Shown in pieces: positions 8,553-18,461 of a stretch of DNA of 64,000 nucleotides. Each line of letters begins with the position of its first letter. Positions within the stretch are counted from its first letter, which is position 1. A program made the translations under genes and the position numbers. Below the pieces are notes generated by a model. It saw nothing but the letters and a program-made list of their open reading frames with translations. It did not search any database and was not told the origin of the DNA. The DNA is taken from positions 23,607-87,606 of IMG/VR virus record IMGVR_UViG_3300020152_000002. One strand, 5' to 3'. The stretch is from a virus.

Positions 8553-9374
8553 ATGGAAGACTTCTACTTCGAGGACAACGCGGAACTCCCGGAGGCGGAG
8601 TTCGAGAGCAAAGTCCCGGCGGACTTCCGCTTCGCCTACACGAAGGGCGACGGCGGCACCTACAAGCTGAACGACCAATACGCCGCCGCCGCCAAGCTGA
8701 TCGACGGCCGGGGTCGGACGCTCAAGCAGGCGAAGGCCACGAACCAGTCGGTCGGCCTCGAAAGCAAGCAGCGCCGCGAAACCCTCGAAAAGTGGGCCGC
8801 CGAGACCGGCTTCGAGTCGCCGGAAGCGGCGAAGGAAGCCATCGCCGCCATGCAGGAGAAGATCAACTCCAAGTCGGCGATCAAGCCGGAGGAAGTTCGC
8901 GCCGCCATCGAGAAGGAGTTCACCGGCAAGCTCGAAGCGTCCGAGAAGAAGGCGGAAGCCATGTTCTCGACGCTGGAAAAGCACCTGCGCGACAAGGACG
9001 CCCTGTCGGCCATCGCCGAGCACAAGGGCAACGCGAAGCTGCTGATGCCGCTGATCCTCGCGCAGACCAAGGTCGTGCAGGACGAAGACACCGGGGAGTA
9101 TTTCACCGCTGTCCTGAACGCGAAGGGCGAAGTCCGCGCCGGAGCGGACGGCGGCCCGCTGTCCATCAGCAAGCTCGTCGCCGAGATGAAGGAAGACAAG
9201 GACTTGGCGTCCGCCTTCGAGGGCTCGCAGAAGAACGGTGGCGGCACCGATCCGAAGCAGCAGCAACAGCGCGGCCCGCATCAGCCGACCAACCAGCAGC
9301 GTCGGGAAGGCGGCGAAGATCGCGCCCAGCGCGGCATCAGCAAGATCAGCGCGGGGCTCGCGCAACGCCGCTGA
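8553..9374 (+). CDS. capsid scaffolding protein
   Basis: Charged coiled coil directly upstream of the capsid gene; C-terminal KISAGL helix. Confidence 0.8.
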   Translation: MEDFYFEDNAELPEAEFESKVPADFRFAYTKGDGGTYKLNDQYAAAAKLIDGRGRTLKQAKATNQSVGLESKQRRETLEKWAAETGFESPEAAKEAIAAMQEKINSKSAIKPEEVRAAIEKEFTGKLEASEKKAEAMFSTLEKHLRDKDALSAIAEHKGNAKLLMPLILAQTKVVQDEDTGEYFTAVLNAKGEVRAGADGGPLSISKLVAEMKEDKDLASAFEGSQKNGGGTDPKQQQQRGPHQPTNQQRREGGEDRAQRGISKISAGLAQRR

Positions 9375-9409
9375 TCGAGGCTTGACGGCAAAATCGTTAA
9401 CGAGCCGAC

Positions 9410-9472
9410 TTGAAAACGGCCGTTAACCATGACAAGGATCAGGGCGCGCTCACAACGCGCCCTGTTTCGTTT
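9410..9472 (+). promoter_or_regulatory. capsid late promoter with CtrA half-site and adjacent terminator hairpin
   Basis: TTGAAA(9410)-N18-AAGGAT; TTAACCAT at 9423-9430; CAGGGCGCG/CGCGCCCTG followed by TTTCGTTT. Confidence 0.6.
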
Positions 9473-9473
9473 C

Positions 9474-9523
9474 CGGGGGGATACCCGGCGCAGGGAGCGG
9501 GACGGCACGGGGGGATACCCGGC
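9474..9523 (+). repeat. 16-nt direct repeat CGGGGGGATACCCGGC x2 in the capsid leader
   Basis: Exact copies at 9474-9489 and 9508-9523. Confidence 0.9.
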
Positions 9524-9567
9524 ATGTCCACAAGAGCGGTGAAAACCCCTTTCTGTGGAGACATCCC

Positions 9568-10509
9568 ATGGCGTCCGTGACGCTCGAAGAAGCCGGTAAG
9601 CTGGCGGAAGACCAACTCGTTCAAGGCGTGATCGAGGAAATCATCGACTCGAACCCCATGTTCGAGATTTTCCCGTTCGAGGGCATCGACGGCAACTCGC
9701 TGGCCTTCAACCGCGAGAACACGCTGGGCGACGTGCAGGTGCTCGGCGTCGGCGGCACCATCACCGCCAAGAACCCCGCGACGTTCACCCGCGTCAACGC
9801 CAACCTGACCACGATCCTCGGCGACGCCGAAGTCAACGGCCTCATTCAGGCCACCCGGTCGGGCAACGTGGACCAGAAGGCGCAGCAGATCGCGTCCAAG
9901 GCCAAGTCGGCGGCCCGCAAGTATCAGGACATGATGATCAACGGCACCGGCGTCGGTGACGAGTTCGTCGGCCTGCGCGGTCTGGTCGCCAACAGCCAGA
10001 AGGTCAACGCCAAGACGGCGGGCGACGACACGAACGGCGGCGTCCTGACGTTCGAGCTTCTCGACGAACTGCTGGACATGATCAAGGACAAGGACAGCCG
10101 TCCCGACTTCCTGATGATGTCGGCGCGTGAACGCCGTCGCGTTCAGCAACTCCTGCGCGCCATGGGCGGTGCGTCTCCGGCCGATGTCTACACGATGCCG
10201 TCCGGCGAGCAGATCATCGCCTACAACAACGTCCCCATCTTCATCAACGACTACATCCCGACGAACCTGACGCGCGGCAACCGTTCGGACGCCTCGGTCA
10301 TCTTCGCCGGGACGTGGGACGACGGCTCGCTGACCCACGGCATCTCGGGCCTGACCGCCCGGAACGCGGCGGGCATCAGCATCGTGGAAGTCGGCCAGTC
10401 CGAGACCAAGGACGAGGAAATCACCCGCGTCCGCTGGTATTGCGGGATGGCGAACTTCTCGCAGAAGGGCCTCGCCATGCTGCAATACGTCGTGCCGCCG
10501 ACCAGCTAA
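9568..10509 (+). CDS. major capsid protein (YuA-like, HK97 fold)
   Basis: MASVTL.E..KL..D.L..GVIE...PFEGIDGNSLAFNRE signature; GGAGA RBS; strong codon bias. Confidence 0.93.
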   Translation: MASVTLEEAGKLAEDQLVQGVIEEIIDSNPMFEIFPFEGIDGNSLAFNRENTLGDVQVLGVGGTITAKNPATFTRVNANLTTILGDAEVNGLIQATRSGNVDQKAQQIASKAKSAARKYQDMMINGTGVGDEFVGLRGLVANSQKVNAKTAGDDTNGGVLTFELLDELLDMIKDKDSRPDFLMMSARERRRVQQLLRAMGGASPADVYTMPSGEQIIAYNNVPIFINDYIPTNLTRGNRSDASVIFAGTWDDGSLTHGISGLTARNAAGISIVEVGQSETKDEEITRVRWYCGMANFSQKGLAMLQYVVPPTS

Positions 10510-10619
10510 GGCGGCTTGCGCCCACGGCGGGTCTGGCCCTATGGTCAGGCCCGCCGCTCGGGCGTTCTTTCGCGTTCGTGTAGGCTTTCAACCAACCCTC
10601 ATTGAGAGAGGCACCAGAG

Positions 10620-11204
10620 ATGGCCCTGTTCAAAGTGGTTCTGCAAAGCGGAGCCTTCACGACGCTGGGCGGCAACAACGCCATGATCGTCGAAGCGGAC
10701 AACGCCGCCGACGCCAAGGCCGCCGCCATGAACTATTCCGGCGACGACGCCGCCCCGTGGGATCAGGCGGTCGCCACCGAGATCACCCCCGACGCCACCT
10801 TCGCCGGGCTCCGGCTCGAAGTCCGCATCACGGCGGATGCGGACAACGGCTTCGACGAAGACGTGGTGATCGACTACACCGTGCCGGAAGGCGCGTCCGC
10901 CGATACCGTCGATGAGATCGGCGCGCTGCTGGTGGCGGAGATGAACGCTCACGCCGATCTGGCGGGCGTCACCTACACGTCGGGCTCCGACACCGTGACC
11001 ATCGTGGAGGCCAACAACGTCGGCCTGTCCGCAATCTCCGCCAAGGTCTACGCGACCGGCGCGGCCGGTGAATACGAAGTCACCGGCATGGCCCCCACGG
11101 TCGGCGCGGTCGGTCTCGACGCCTCGTCGGATCGCACCATCGTCCTGACCCCGCTGGGCAACGGCCGTCCGGTCGTCGTCACCGGCTACAAGACGGGCAT
11201 CTGA
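10620..11204 (+). CDS. capsid decoration / virion structural protein
   Basis: Directly after the capsid gene; own promoter TTGCGC(10516)-N18-TATGGT; beta-rich. Confidence 0.75.
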   Translation: MALFKVVLQSGAFTTLGGNNAMIVEADNAADAKAAAMNYSGDDAAPWDQAVATEITPDATFAGLRLEVRITADADNGFDEDVVIDYTVPEGASADTVDEIGALLVAEMNAHADLAGVTYTSGSDTVTIVEANNVGLSAISAKVYATGAAGEYEVTGMAPTVGAVGLDASSDRTIVLTPLGNGRPVVVTGYKTGI

Positions 11205-11212
11205 TACTGCCC

Positions 11213-11860
11213 ATGAAAGCCGAGAACCAATCCATGCTGATCGCGGAAGCGCAAGGTCAGCAGACAATCCAAGCCCTGTTCATGCAGACCGGGCCGAAGG
11301 AACAGGGCGTCATTCTCAACTGCCAGTTCGAGCGCGACCCGGAAGACGGCAAGCTCTACTACGTCTTCACCGGGACGGCCGATCACTACATGCAGTTCCG
11401 GTCGCTGATGGCCGACTACGCCGTCCGGCCGGTCCACGAGATCGAGGGCCACCGCCTGAACCCGAAGACGCACGAGGCCGCCGCCCAAGAAGCGGGCGAG
11501 GCCGCGCCGGTCGTGGACACCGCCCCGGCGGAGTCGAAGTCGGCGGCCGACACGGGCGACAACCCGCCGGAGCTTTCCGCCACCGAAGGCGAGATCGTCC
11601 GGCCCGAAGGAGACGCCGATGTCGCATCGGTTCACAGTCCCGGCCAACCTGCCGACAGCGGGCAATCCTCGCCCGCTCCGGGTGGTGAAGCCAGCGGGGC
11701 CAGCGCCGGGGATCACGCTGATGACCGGAGCGGACATGCTGGGGAACCCGGAGCTTCGGATCGGGGTGCCGGGGGAGAAGCCGCCGCCGCGAACGGTGCT
11801 GGCACCGTCAGCGGAGAAGTGAAGCCGGGCTCGGCGAGCGATCCGTTCGCTGACCTTTAA
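11213..11860 (+). CDS. hypothetical protein with disordered C-terminus
   Basis: 215-aa ORF in the head module. Confidence 0.75.
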   Translation: MKAENQSMLIAEAQGQQTIQALFMQTGPKEQGVILNCQFERDPEDGKLYYVFTGTADHYMQFRSLMADYAVRPVHEIEGHRLNPKTHEAAAQEAGEAAPVVDTAPAESKSAADTGDNPPELSATEGEIVRPEGDADVASVHSPGQPADSGQSSPAPGGEASGASAGDHADDRSGHAGEPGASDRGAGGEAAAANGAGTVSGEVKPGSASDPFADL

Positions 11861-11890
11861 CGCAGTCCTGAACACAGAGGGAGAAGGCCG

Positions 11891-12307
11891 ATGGCCTCGC
11901 TGATCTACAACAAGGCCATCGACGCGCTGGTTCGCGCAGGCATCAACTTCGCGTCGGACACCTTCAAGGTGATGCTGGTCACGTCCAGCTACACGCCGAA
12001 CAAGGACACCCACGAGGATCGCGCCGACGTGACCAACGAAGTCACCGGCACCGGCTACACCGCCGGGGGCGTCGCCACGACTCCGACGATCACGCTGGAC
12101 ACGACCAACGACCGGGTGGACATCACCTTCTCGAACGTCTCGTGGGCCTCGGCGACCATCACCGCTCGGGCGGCCGTGATCTACAAGTCCACGGGCACCG
12201 CCGCGAACGACACCCTGATCGCCTATGTGGACTTCGGCAGCGACGTGTCCTCGACCAACGCCGCCTTCGCCGTCACCTTCTCGTCGGCGCTGCGGTTCCA
12301 GAACTGA
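11891..12307 (+). CDS. putative fibre/filament subunit
   Basis: GGGAGAAGG RBS; TSSYTP..EVTGTGYTAGG..TITARAAVIY..LIAYVDFG pattern of small virion fibre proteins; strong codon bias. Confidence 0.7.
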   Translation: MASLIYNKAIDALVRAGINFASDTFKVMLVTSSYTPNKDTHEDRADVTNEVTGTGYTAGGVATTPTITLDTTNDRVDITFSNVSWASATITARAAVIYKSTGTAANDTLIAYVDFGSDVSSTNAAFAVTFSSALRFQN

Positions 12308-12340
12308 TCTAGCTTTCTCGGTTCCGGCCGGGATACGATG

Positions 12341-12378
12341 AAGGCGGGTAGGCTCCAATCGGGCTTGCCCGCCTTTTT
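12341..12378 (+). terminator. intrinsic terminator
   Basis: AAGGCGGGTAGGCTC/GGGCTTGCCCGCCTT followed by a T run. Confidence 0.75.
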
Positions 12379-12407
12379 CATTCACGCATCAGCATAGGGA
12401 GAGCATC

Positions 12408-15400
12408 ATGGCGGACTTGCCTGACGGCGATACGACGCTCTCCTATACCGGCTCGGCAGTCGAATACGACATCACCGAAGACGGCTTCATTCATTTCAAG
12501 CTGTGGGGCGGCGCTGGCGCAGGCGGCGGGTTTTTTAGCGCCACCAGTGCGAACGCCTCGAAGGGCGGAGGCGGCGGGTTTGTCAGAGGCAAGCTCGAAG
12601 TCCAAGCTGGCGATGTCGTCAAAATCGAAGTCGGGCAAGGCGGTCAAAAAGGCAACGGCAACGCGCAGGCATTCGGCAGCGTCAACGGCGACGCGGGCTT
12701 GGGTGGTTGGCCGGATGGCGGCAATGGTGGCAGCAACCCCTACTCCGTAAATGGCGGTGGCGGCGGATCGACCCGCCTCTACATCAACAACGTCCTGATG
12801 GCGGCCGCAGGTGGCGGTGGCGGATCGGGCGGGGTGGATGGTCGCGGTCCCGGCGCGGGCGGCGGCCTCAACGGCGCTGATGGTCAAGACCCTACAAACA
12901 CCGGCTGCGGCACGGGTGGCTCGCAGTTGGCGGGCGGCGTCAATGGTTTCGCTCCGGCGACCACGAACTATCATGGCGCGTCGCTTGACGGAGGCAACGG
13001 CTGGCCCTCTGGCGTGTCGTCGATCTCGACCAGCAGCGACGCAACCGGCGGCGGTGGTGGGGGCGGCTATTATGGCGGTGGTGGCGGCGGCCGTGCCGGG
13101 GGATATTGTTCGAGCGGCGGTGGCGGCTCTAGCTACGCGGACGCTTCGGCTACGGACGTTGTTCACGAGCAAGGATCGCTGCACCTAGCGGGAGGCAATA
13201 CCGACCCGGACTATGCAGCCGGGATCGGTGTCGGCGGCACGACATCGACGGTAACAACGTCGATCACGGCAGGCGGCAACGGTCGCGCTGTCCTTGAGTT
13301 CGCCAAGCCGCTCGACGTTTCAGAGCCGGTAGTGATTGGCTACTCGGGCGCTGCCGAAGTTTACGAAGTCCTCGAAGACGGCTTCCTTGAGATCAAGTCG
13401 TGGGGCGCTGGCGGCGGTGGCGGTATCGTTCACAGCAGCATTCAGACGACGGGCTATCGCACGGGCGGCGGCGGGTATGCGCGCGGCGTCCTGCCGGTGT
13501 CGGCAGGCGACATCATCCGCGTCGAAGTCGGGCAAGGTGGACGCCGCGCCGAGAGTGAGACGACAGGATCGGCAGGCGGTTGGCCGGATGGCGGGCGAGG
13601 CACCCAAGGCGCGTCTGGCGCTGGCGGGAACTTCTACCGTGGCGGCGGTGGCGGGGGCTCGTCGCGGGTCTACCTGAACGACGTGCTGATCCTCGTCGCT
13701 GGGGCCTCCGGGGGCGGCTGCCGGGGCTATGGCGGCGCTGGTGGGGGTGAGACTGGCGGGACGGCCTTCGGCGGGGCCACAGGCGGCTCCCAGTCGGCCG
13801 GGGGATCGGTCGGCGGGGCCTTCCTGCGCGGCGCTGACGCTCCGATTGCGCCGACGACCGGGGCAAGCTCGGGCGGCGGTGGGGGCGGCTACTATGGCGG
13901 CGGCTACGACGGTGACGATACGAACGTCAACGGTGGCGGTGGCGGGTCCAGCTATCGCAACACTTCGGTCGCTGCCTTCGGCGAAGTGGCCCAAGGCACG
14001 AATGGTAGCGCAGGCACGGCCGCGAAGACGGATGACCCGGATTACGTCGCCAACGCCGGTCGCGGTGGTCAGACCTATGCGGGTCCGGCGACAACGACGC
14101 ACGGTGATAACGGCCTTGTCGTCATCCGTGGAAACGACGGTGCAGACTATGCGCTCGTTCAGGAAGAACAGACTGGCATCGCCGCCACGGGAGCCTCGCA
14201 AGAGTGGGTGATCCCCGCGAATGGCGTGTTCAAGGCGGACATGTGGGGCGCAGGCGGTGGCGGAGCTTACTCCGGCCTCGTCGGGGGTCCATATCCACCC
14301 GGCGGCGCAGGCGGTCATACCTACGTCGAAGTGCCGGTGCTCGAAGGCGACGTGTTGCGCGTCGATGTCGGCAAGGGCGGTCTGCGCGGTCGCCAGCCGA
14401 ACAATCCAGCGGGAGGCGGTTGGCCGGATGGCGGCAGCGCCGGGAGCAACACGAGCAGTTCGTCCGCCTGCGGATCGGGCGGTGGTTCGACGCGCATCTT
14501 CGTCAATGACATCCTCGTCGCTGTCGCTGGCGGCGGTGGAGGCGGCGGCATTCCGGGTCGCGGCGCGACGCCGGGCGCAGGTGGCGGCGAGAGCGGCACA
14601 ACGTCAGTCGATAGTTCGTCGGCCGTCAATGCGGCCACGGGCGGATCGCAGTCTGCCGGGGGCGTCAATGTCTCCTACCCGACCGACGCGGGTTATCAGG
14701 GCGGATACCTTCAAGGCGGCAACGGTCGTCCGGCCGGGATCGCGGTCGGCACCGAAGACAGCCGTAACGCGGCGGGAGGCGGCGGAGGCTACTATGGGGG
14801 TGGCGGTGCTGGCCTGACCGGCAGCTACTTCCGCGCTGGCGGTGGCGGCTCGGGCTATGTTCAAGACGGGCTTGCCGGGGAAACGACGGCAGGCTCGGCG
14901 GGAGTTCCGCCAGAGACCAGCAACCCGAACTACCCCGGCGGCAACGTCGGTTACGGAGGCAACGGCACTGGCTCGCTGGGCACTGTCCAGAACGGCTACG
15001 ACGGGTTTGTCAGCTACTACTATGAACCGCTGTCCTACGTCGTTGGCGAGATCGGCACGGTCACGCGCAGCGGCGTCATCGACGCCACGGTTACAGGCGC
15101 GGTGGACAAGTCCGCCGACATCGGCACGGTGGCGATCTCTGCAATCACCGGGATCGGTGATGGCGGAACGGTCGTCAACGCGCTGCTGGGGCCTATCGAA
15201 GTCGCCATCACCGCGCCTATCGGTGTCGGCCGAGTGCAGAACGGGTGGGAAGGAGACTTGCCCGGCCCGGTGACGATCACGGCCCCCTCCGCCATCGCCG
15301 ATACGGCCGTGTATGCGATTGGCGGAATCGGCACCATCACGATCCTGTCCCTGATCGAAGGCGCTCCCGAACAGGAAGCCAACGTCGTCCTTGATCTCGT

Positions 15401-16655
15401 CTTCGAGTTCGACGGCGGGGTGGAGATCACGACGGAACTGGAAGCGTCGGCGACGGGGCTGGCGGCGCTCGACGGCAGCTTTGGCGATGCCGTTGTCATC
15501 GCGCCGGTCAACGGCTTCTATTCGTCGGAAGACCAAGACACCGAAGTCGAGTTCGGCGGTGAGATCGTCGTCGTGCCGCTGGAAGGCTACGCGGCGCAAG
15601 CCATCGTCGAGCCCGAGCTTCCCCACGCCTTCACCACCGAGAGCCTGCTTGAGGCGTCGGCGACCGGCGCGGCTGCGATCTCGGCGCGCATCAGCTTCAT
15701 CCCGGAGAACGGGCAAGGCGGGGGCGTCGGGATCGGCAAGATCGAAGCGACGCCTTCGACGCCGGACATGGAGACCAGCGGAGATGTCGGTCGTGTCTCT
15801 ATCGACCCGATCCTCGGCGTTGGTCTGTCCGGCGACGACGTGGTGCTGGCGGTCGGTATCATGCCGGATCGCGTGTCGCTAGAATGGACGAACACGAACG
15901 ACAATCAGGCAACCGGGCAGGGGGCGGCTTTCGCTGTCCTGAACGCTGGCGGAAGCTCGAACCCGGCTGACAACTATCTGTTCCGCGTCTGGCGAAACAC
16001 GAACATCGACGGGTCTGCGGTCGGCGCAGCAGATGTCACCGCCGACATCACCGCGACTGTCACCTTCGCGTCGCCTCAAGGCGTCACGGTTCGCGGGCAG
16101 AGCATCCTTGCCCCCATCGGAACGATCTTCGTTCGTCGGACCCTTGGCGGAGCCGGTGATGACCCGGCATTCGAGGGCGACGCGCTGGCGGGTGCTGATC
16201 TGGTTGACATGCCGGTCATCATCACGCCGCCGGAGAGCGAATACGGCGTCGAAGGCGAGGCGACCGGGCAAGGCCAACTGACCATCGTGATCCTGCCGCC
16301 GGAGGGCTCGGCGGACGTGGGGCAGGAGATCGGCTTCGATCTGCCCGGCCCCATCGTCCTGACGGCCCCGGAGGGCGCTGGCTGGACCGTGGACGCCGAG
16401 TCCACCGCCGAAGCGGACCTGACGGCCGTCGTGACCCTGCTGCCGCCCGAGGCGCAGCCCACGATCAGCCTGACGGTCGCCCTGCCCGGCCCCGTGGCCG
16501 TTTCCCCGGTGACGACGGCCTTCCGGGTGATCGCTACGGCCGGGACGGCGTTGTTCGTTCGGCAGGTGAGCGGCGAGGCCGTTTTCCGCCGAGTTGAAAA
16601 CGCAGTCGCGGTCGTAGAGGATAGGATCGAAAGAACTGCCGTCATCCGGGGCTGA
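12408..16655 (+). CDS. large fibre/adhesin with three tandem glycine-rich domains and C-terminal beta-strand repeats
   Basis: Three copies of WGxxGxGG..GGxGG..VGxGG..GGWPDGG..GGGGYYGGG; repeats such as DLPGPVTITAP and GIGTITILSLIEG. Confidence 0.8.
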   Translation: MADLPDGDTTLSYTGSAVEYDITEDGFIHFKLWGGAGAGGGFFSATSANASKGGGGGFVRGKLEVQAGDVVKIEVGQGGQKGNGNAQAFGSVNGDAGLGGWPDGGNGGSNPYSVNGGGGGSTRLYINNVLMAAAGGGGGSGGVDGRGPGAGGGLNGADGQDPTNTGCGTGGSQLAGGVNGFAPATTNYHGASLDGGNGWPSGVSSISTSSDATGGGGGGGYYGGGGGGRAGGYCSSGGGGSSYADASATDVVHEQGSLHLAGGNTDPDYAAGIGVGGTTSTVTTSITAGGNGRAVLEFAKPLDVSEPVVIGYSGAAEVYEVLEDGFLEIKSWGAGGGGGIVHSSIQTTGYRTGGGGYARGVLPVSAGDIIRVEVGQGGRRAESETTGSAGGWPDGGRGTQGASGAGGNFYRGGGGGGSSRVYLNDVLILVAGASGGGCRGYGGAGGGETGGTAFGGATGGSQSAGGSVGGAFLRGADAPIAPTTGASSGGGGGGYYGGGYDGDDTNVNGGGGGSSYRNTSVAAFGEVAQGTNGSAGTAAKTDDPDYVANAGRGGQTYAGPATTTHGDNGLVVIRGNDGADYALVQEEQTGIAATGASQEWVIPANGVFKADMWGAGGGGAYSGLVGGPYPPGGAGGHTYVEVPVLEGDVLRVDVGKGGLRGRQPNNPAGGGWPDGGSAGSNTSSSSACGSGGGSTRIFVNDILVAVAGGGGGGGIPGRGATPGAGGGESGTTSVDSSSAVNAATGGSQSAGGVNVSYPTDAGYQGGYLQGGNGRPAGIAVGTEDSRNAAGGGGGYYGGGGAGLTGSYFRAGGGGSGYVQDGLAGETTAGSAGVPPETSNPNYPGGNVGYGGNGTGSLGTVQNGYDGFVSYYYEPLSYVVGEIGTVTRSGVIDATVTGAVDKSADIGTVAISAITGIGDGGTVVNALLGPIEVAITAPIGVGRVQNGWEGDLPGPVTITAPSAIADTAVYAIGGIGTITILSLIEGAPEQEANVVLDLVFEFDGGVEITTELEASATGLAALDGSFGDAVVIAPVNGFYSSEDQDTEVEFGGEIVVVPLEGYAAQAIVEPELPHAFTTESLLEASATGAAAISARISFIPENGQGGGVGIGKIEATPSTPDMETSGDVGRVSIDPILGVGLSGDDVVLAVGIMPDRVSLEWTNTNDNQATGQGAAFAVLNAGGSSNPADNYLFRVWRNTNIDGSAVGAADVTADITATVTFASPQGVTVRGQSILAPIGTIFVRRTLGGAGDDPAFEGDALAGADLVDMPVIITPPESEYGVEGEATGQGQLTIVILPPEGSADVGQEIGFDLPGPIVLTAPEGAGWTVDAESTAEADLTAVVTLLPPEAQPTISLTVALPGPVAVSPVTTAFRVIATAGTALFVRQVSGEAVFRRVENAVAVVEDRIERTAVIRG

Positions 16656-16658
16656 TCC

Positions 16659-17030
16659 GTGGCTGATCTCACCAGCGTTCCTACTCAAATCGACTTCACG
16701 ATGCCGTCCGGCGACAGCCGCACGATCAAGGTCAAGTGCATCGGTTCGGATAAGTCGCCGTTCTCGTTGGCGGAAGCCAATCAGATCAGGTGGCAGATCG
16801 CGCGCTCGGTGCGCGGTCCTGCGATGCTGTCGAAAGACCTGTCCGAAGGCGTCGAGATCGTGCAGGATGGCGACGACTGGTATATTCAGGTGGAGATCGA
16901 CCCGGCTGACACCGAAGGCATGAAGGGCGACTACTATCACGAGTGCGAAGTGCGTTTCACGGATGGCGCAGTTCTCACTCCATTCGCGGGCGTCGTGACG
17001 GTCGTGGAAGACTTGGTGAGGGACACCTAA
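16659..17030 (+). CDS. small structural adaptor (BppU-N-like beta protein)
   Basis: GDSRTI.V...YYHECEV..DG.V.T...G pattern; closes the fibre module. Confidence 0.6.
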   Translation: MADLTSVPTQIDFTMPSGDSRTIKVKCIGSDKSPFSLAEANQIRWQIARSVRGPAMLSKDLSEGVEIVQDGDDWYIQVEIDPADTEGMKGDYYHECEVRFTDGAVLTPFAGVVTVVEDLVRDT

Positions 17031-17563
17031 TGGCGATCACGCTTCGCATCCAGAACGACACCGGCCGCACCGAGAACGCGAACAGCTACATCGACGTGGA
17101 GTGGTTTCAGGAGTATGCCGCCGAGAGCGGCTACGATGTCGAAGGCACGTTCGACGACGAGGAAGATCAGAAGGTTCATCTCGTCCGCGCCTTCCGCTAC
17201 ATGAACACCCGGTTCAACTACAAGGGCGAGATGACTGCCTACGATCAGTCGTCCGCTTTCCCGCGCTACAACCTGACGGATCGCAACGGCTACCTGATCT
17301 CCGGCGTCCCGCTCGCCGCCAAGCAGGCGCAGGCCGAGTATGCGTGGCTGTCGAAGACGCTGGACGGCGGCCTGAACCCGACCCCGACGCGGGACGCAAC
17401 CGGCGCTCGCATTACGCAGGTGAGCGAACGGGTCGGGCCGATCAGCGAGAGCAAGTCGTTCGCCAGTGGCGGGGCCTTCGAGATGCCGGAGTATCCGGTG
17501 CCTGACGGCATCCTTCGCGCTGCCGGGTTCATCGTGACCGGCGGAACCATCATTCGGGGATAG
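17030..17563 (+). CDS. head-tail adaptor (DnaT-like family)
   Basis: ANSYIDV...LVRAFRYM..F.YKG...Q...FPR...VP...KQAQAE...VGPISES. Confidence 0.85.
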   Translation: MAITLRIQNDTGRTENANSYIDVEWFQEYAAESGYDVEGTFDDEEDQKVHLVRAFRYMNTRFNYKGEMTAYDQSSAFPRYNLTDRNGYLISGVPLAAKQAQAEYAWLSKTLDGGLNPTPTRDATGARITQVSERVGPISESKSFASGGAFEMPEYPVPDGILRAAGFIVTGGTIIRG

Positions 17564-17565
17564 TA

Positions 17566-17961
17566 GTGTCGGAATACAGTTCCGCCATCGACCTAGCTGC
17601 CCGTCTGATCATCAAGAAGGGCCGCGAAGTCATCTTCCGTCACAAGGTGGCGGCACCGACCGATGGAACGCCATCGGGGGCGGACGATGAGCCGTGGAAC
17701 AAGGCTGACCCTAGCTGGCCCACGCAGAAGCTCAAGATGGTCTTTCTGGACTACGAGCAGAAAGAGATCGACGGGACCAACATCAAATCCGGCGACAAGA
17801 AGGTGCTGATGTTCGCCAAGGGCGTCAAATACCAACCGAACACGTCGGATCAGATCGTCGAGCTTCCGAAGCACGGCGGCAAGACGTGGAACATCGTCGA
17901 TGTCGATAAGCTGCAACCGGGCGAAGAAGTCGTCATGTATACGCTGCAAGTGAGGCGGTAA
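17566..17961 (+). CDS. head closure / stopper protein
   Basis: IDGTNIKSGDKKVL...W.IV.V..LQPG..V.MY.LQVRR. Confidence 0.8.
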   Translation: MSEYSSAIDLAARLIIKKGREVIFRHKVAAPTDGTPSGADDEPWNKADPSWPTQKLKMVFLDYEQKEIDGTNIKSGDKKVLMFAKGVKYQPNTSDQIVELPKHGGKTWNIVDVDKLQPGEEVVMYTLQVRR

Positions 17962-18458
17962 TGGCGTCCTATACACCCGCAGAAGCTCGCCGCTGGATTT
18001 TGAAGACCTTTCAGGCGACATGGGCCGACCCCGACAAGGGTTGGCGCGGTATCAAGGATGAGATGGGTGATCCGATCTCCTTGGCCGCCGAACCGCGTAT
18101 CGACTGGGAGAACGTCGAAGACGAGAACACGCCGGACGTAACAGAGCCGCATCTGTTCGTCTACGTCCGGCACTACGCTTCAAATCCGGCCACGGTTGGA
18201 GGCGAGACGCGCAAGATCGTGACCCGCCGGGGCTTCGTGCTGGTGCGGGTTTGGGTTCCTGCCGACAGTGGCTTGAAAACCGCCGACGCCATCAGCTACG
18301 TTGTCAAGACGGCTTTCGAGCGGAAGCGTGGCGTGGGTGCTGGATCGGGGATCATCTTCCGGTCGTGGCGGCCTACCGAAGCGGGTCCGCAGAAGAACGG
18401 CACCTTCCTGACCGTTTCGACGGTTGACTTTGAATACGACGAGATCACAGGGGTCTAA
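17961..18458 (+). CDS. tail terminator / completion protein
   Basis: IDWENV, RRGFVLVRVWVP..SG; lies before the tail tube gene. Confidence 0.75.
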   Translation: MASYTPAEARRWILKTFQATWADPDKGWRGIKDEMGDPISLAAEPRIDWENVEDENTPDVTEPHLFVYVRHYASNPATVGGETRKIVTRRGFVLVRVWVPADSGLKTADAISYVVKTAFERKRGVGAGSGIIFRSWRPTEAGPQKNGTFLTVSTVDFEYDEITGV

Positions 18459-18461
18459 CCG

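Noticed and set aside
12408-15030. Glycine-rich repeats as a DGR template/variable pair or a collagen-like region
   Set aside because: No reverse transcriptase in the window, the repeats differ at all bases rather than only adenines, and there is no Gly-X-Y periodicity
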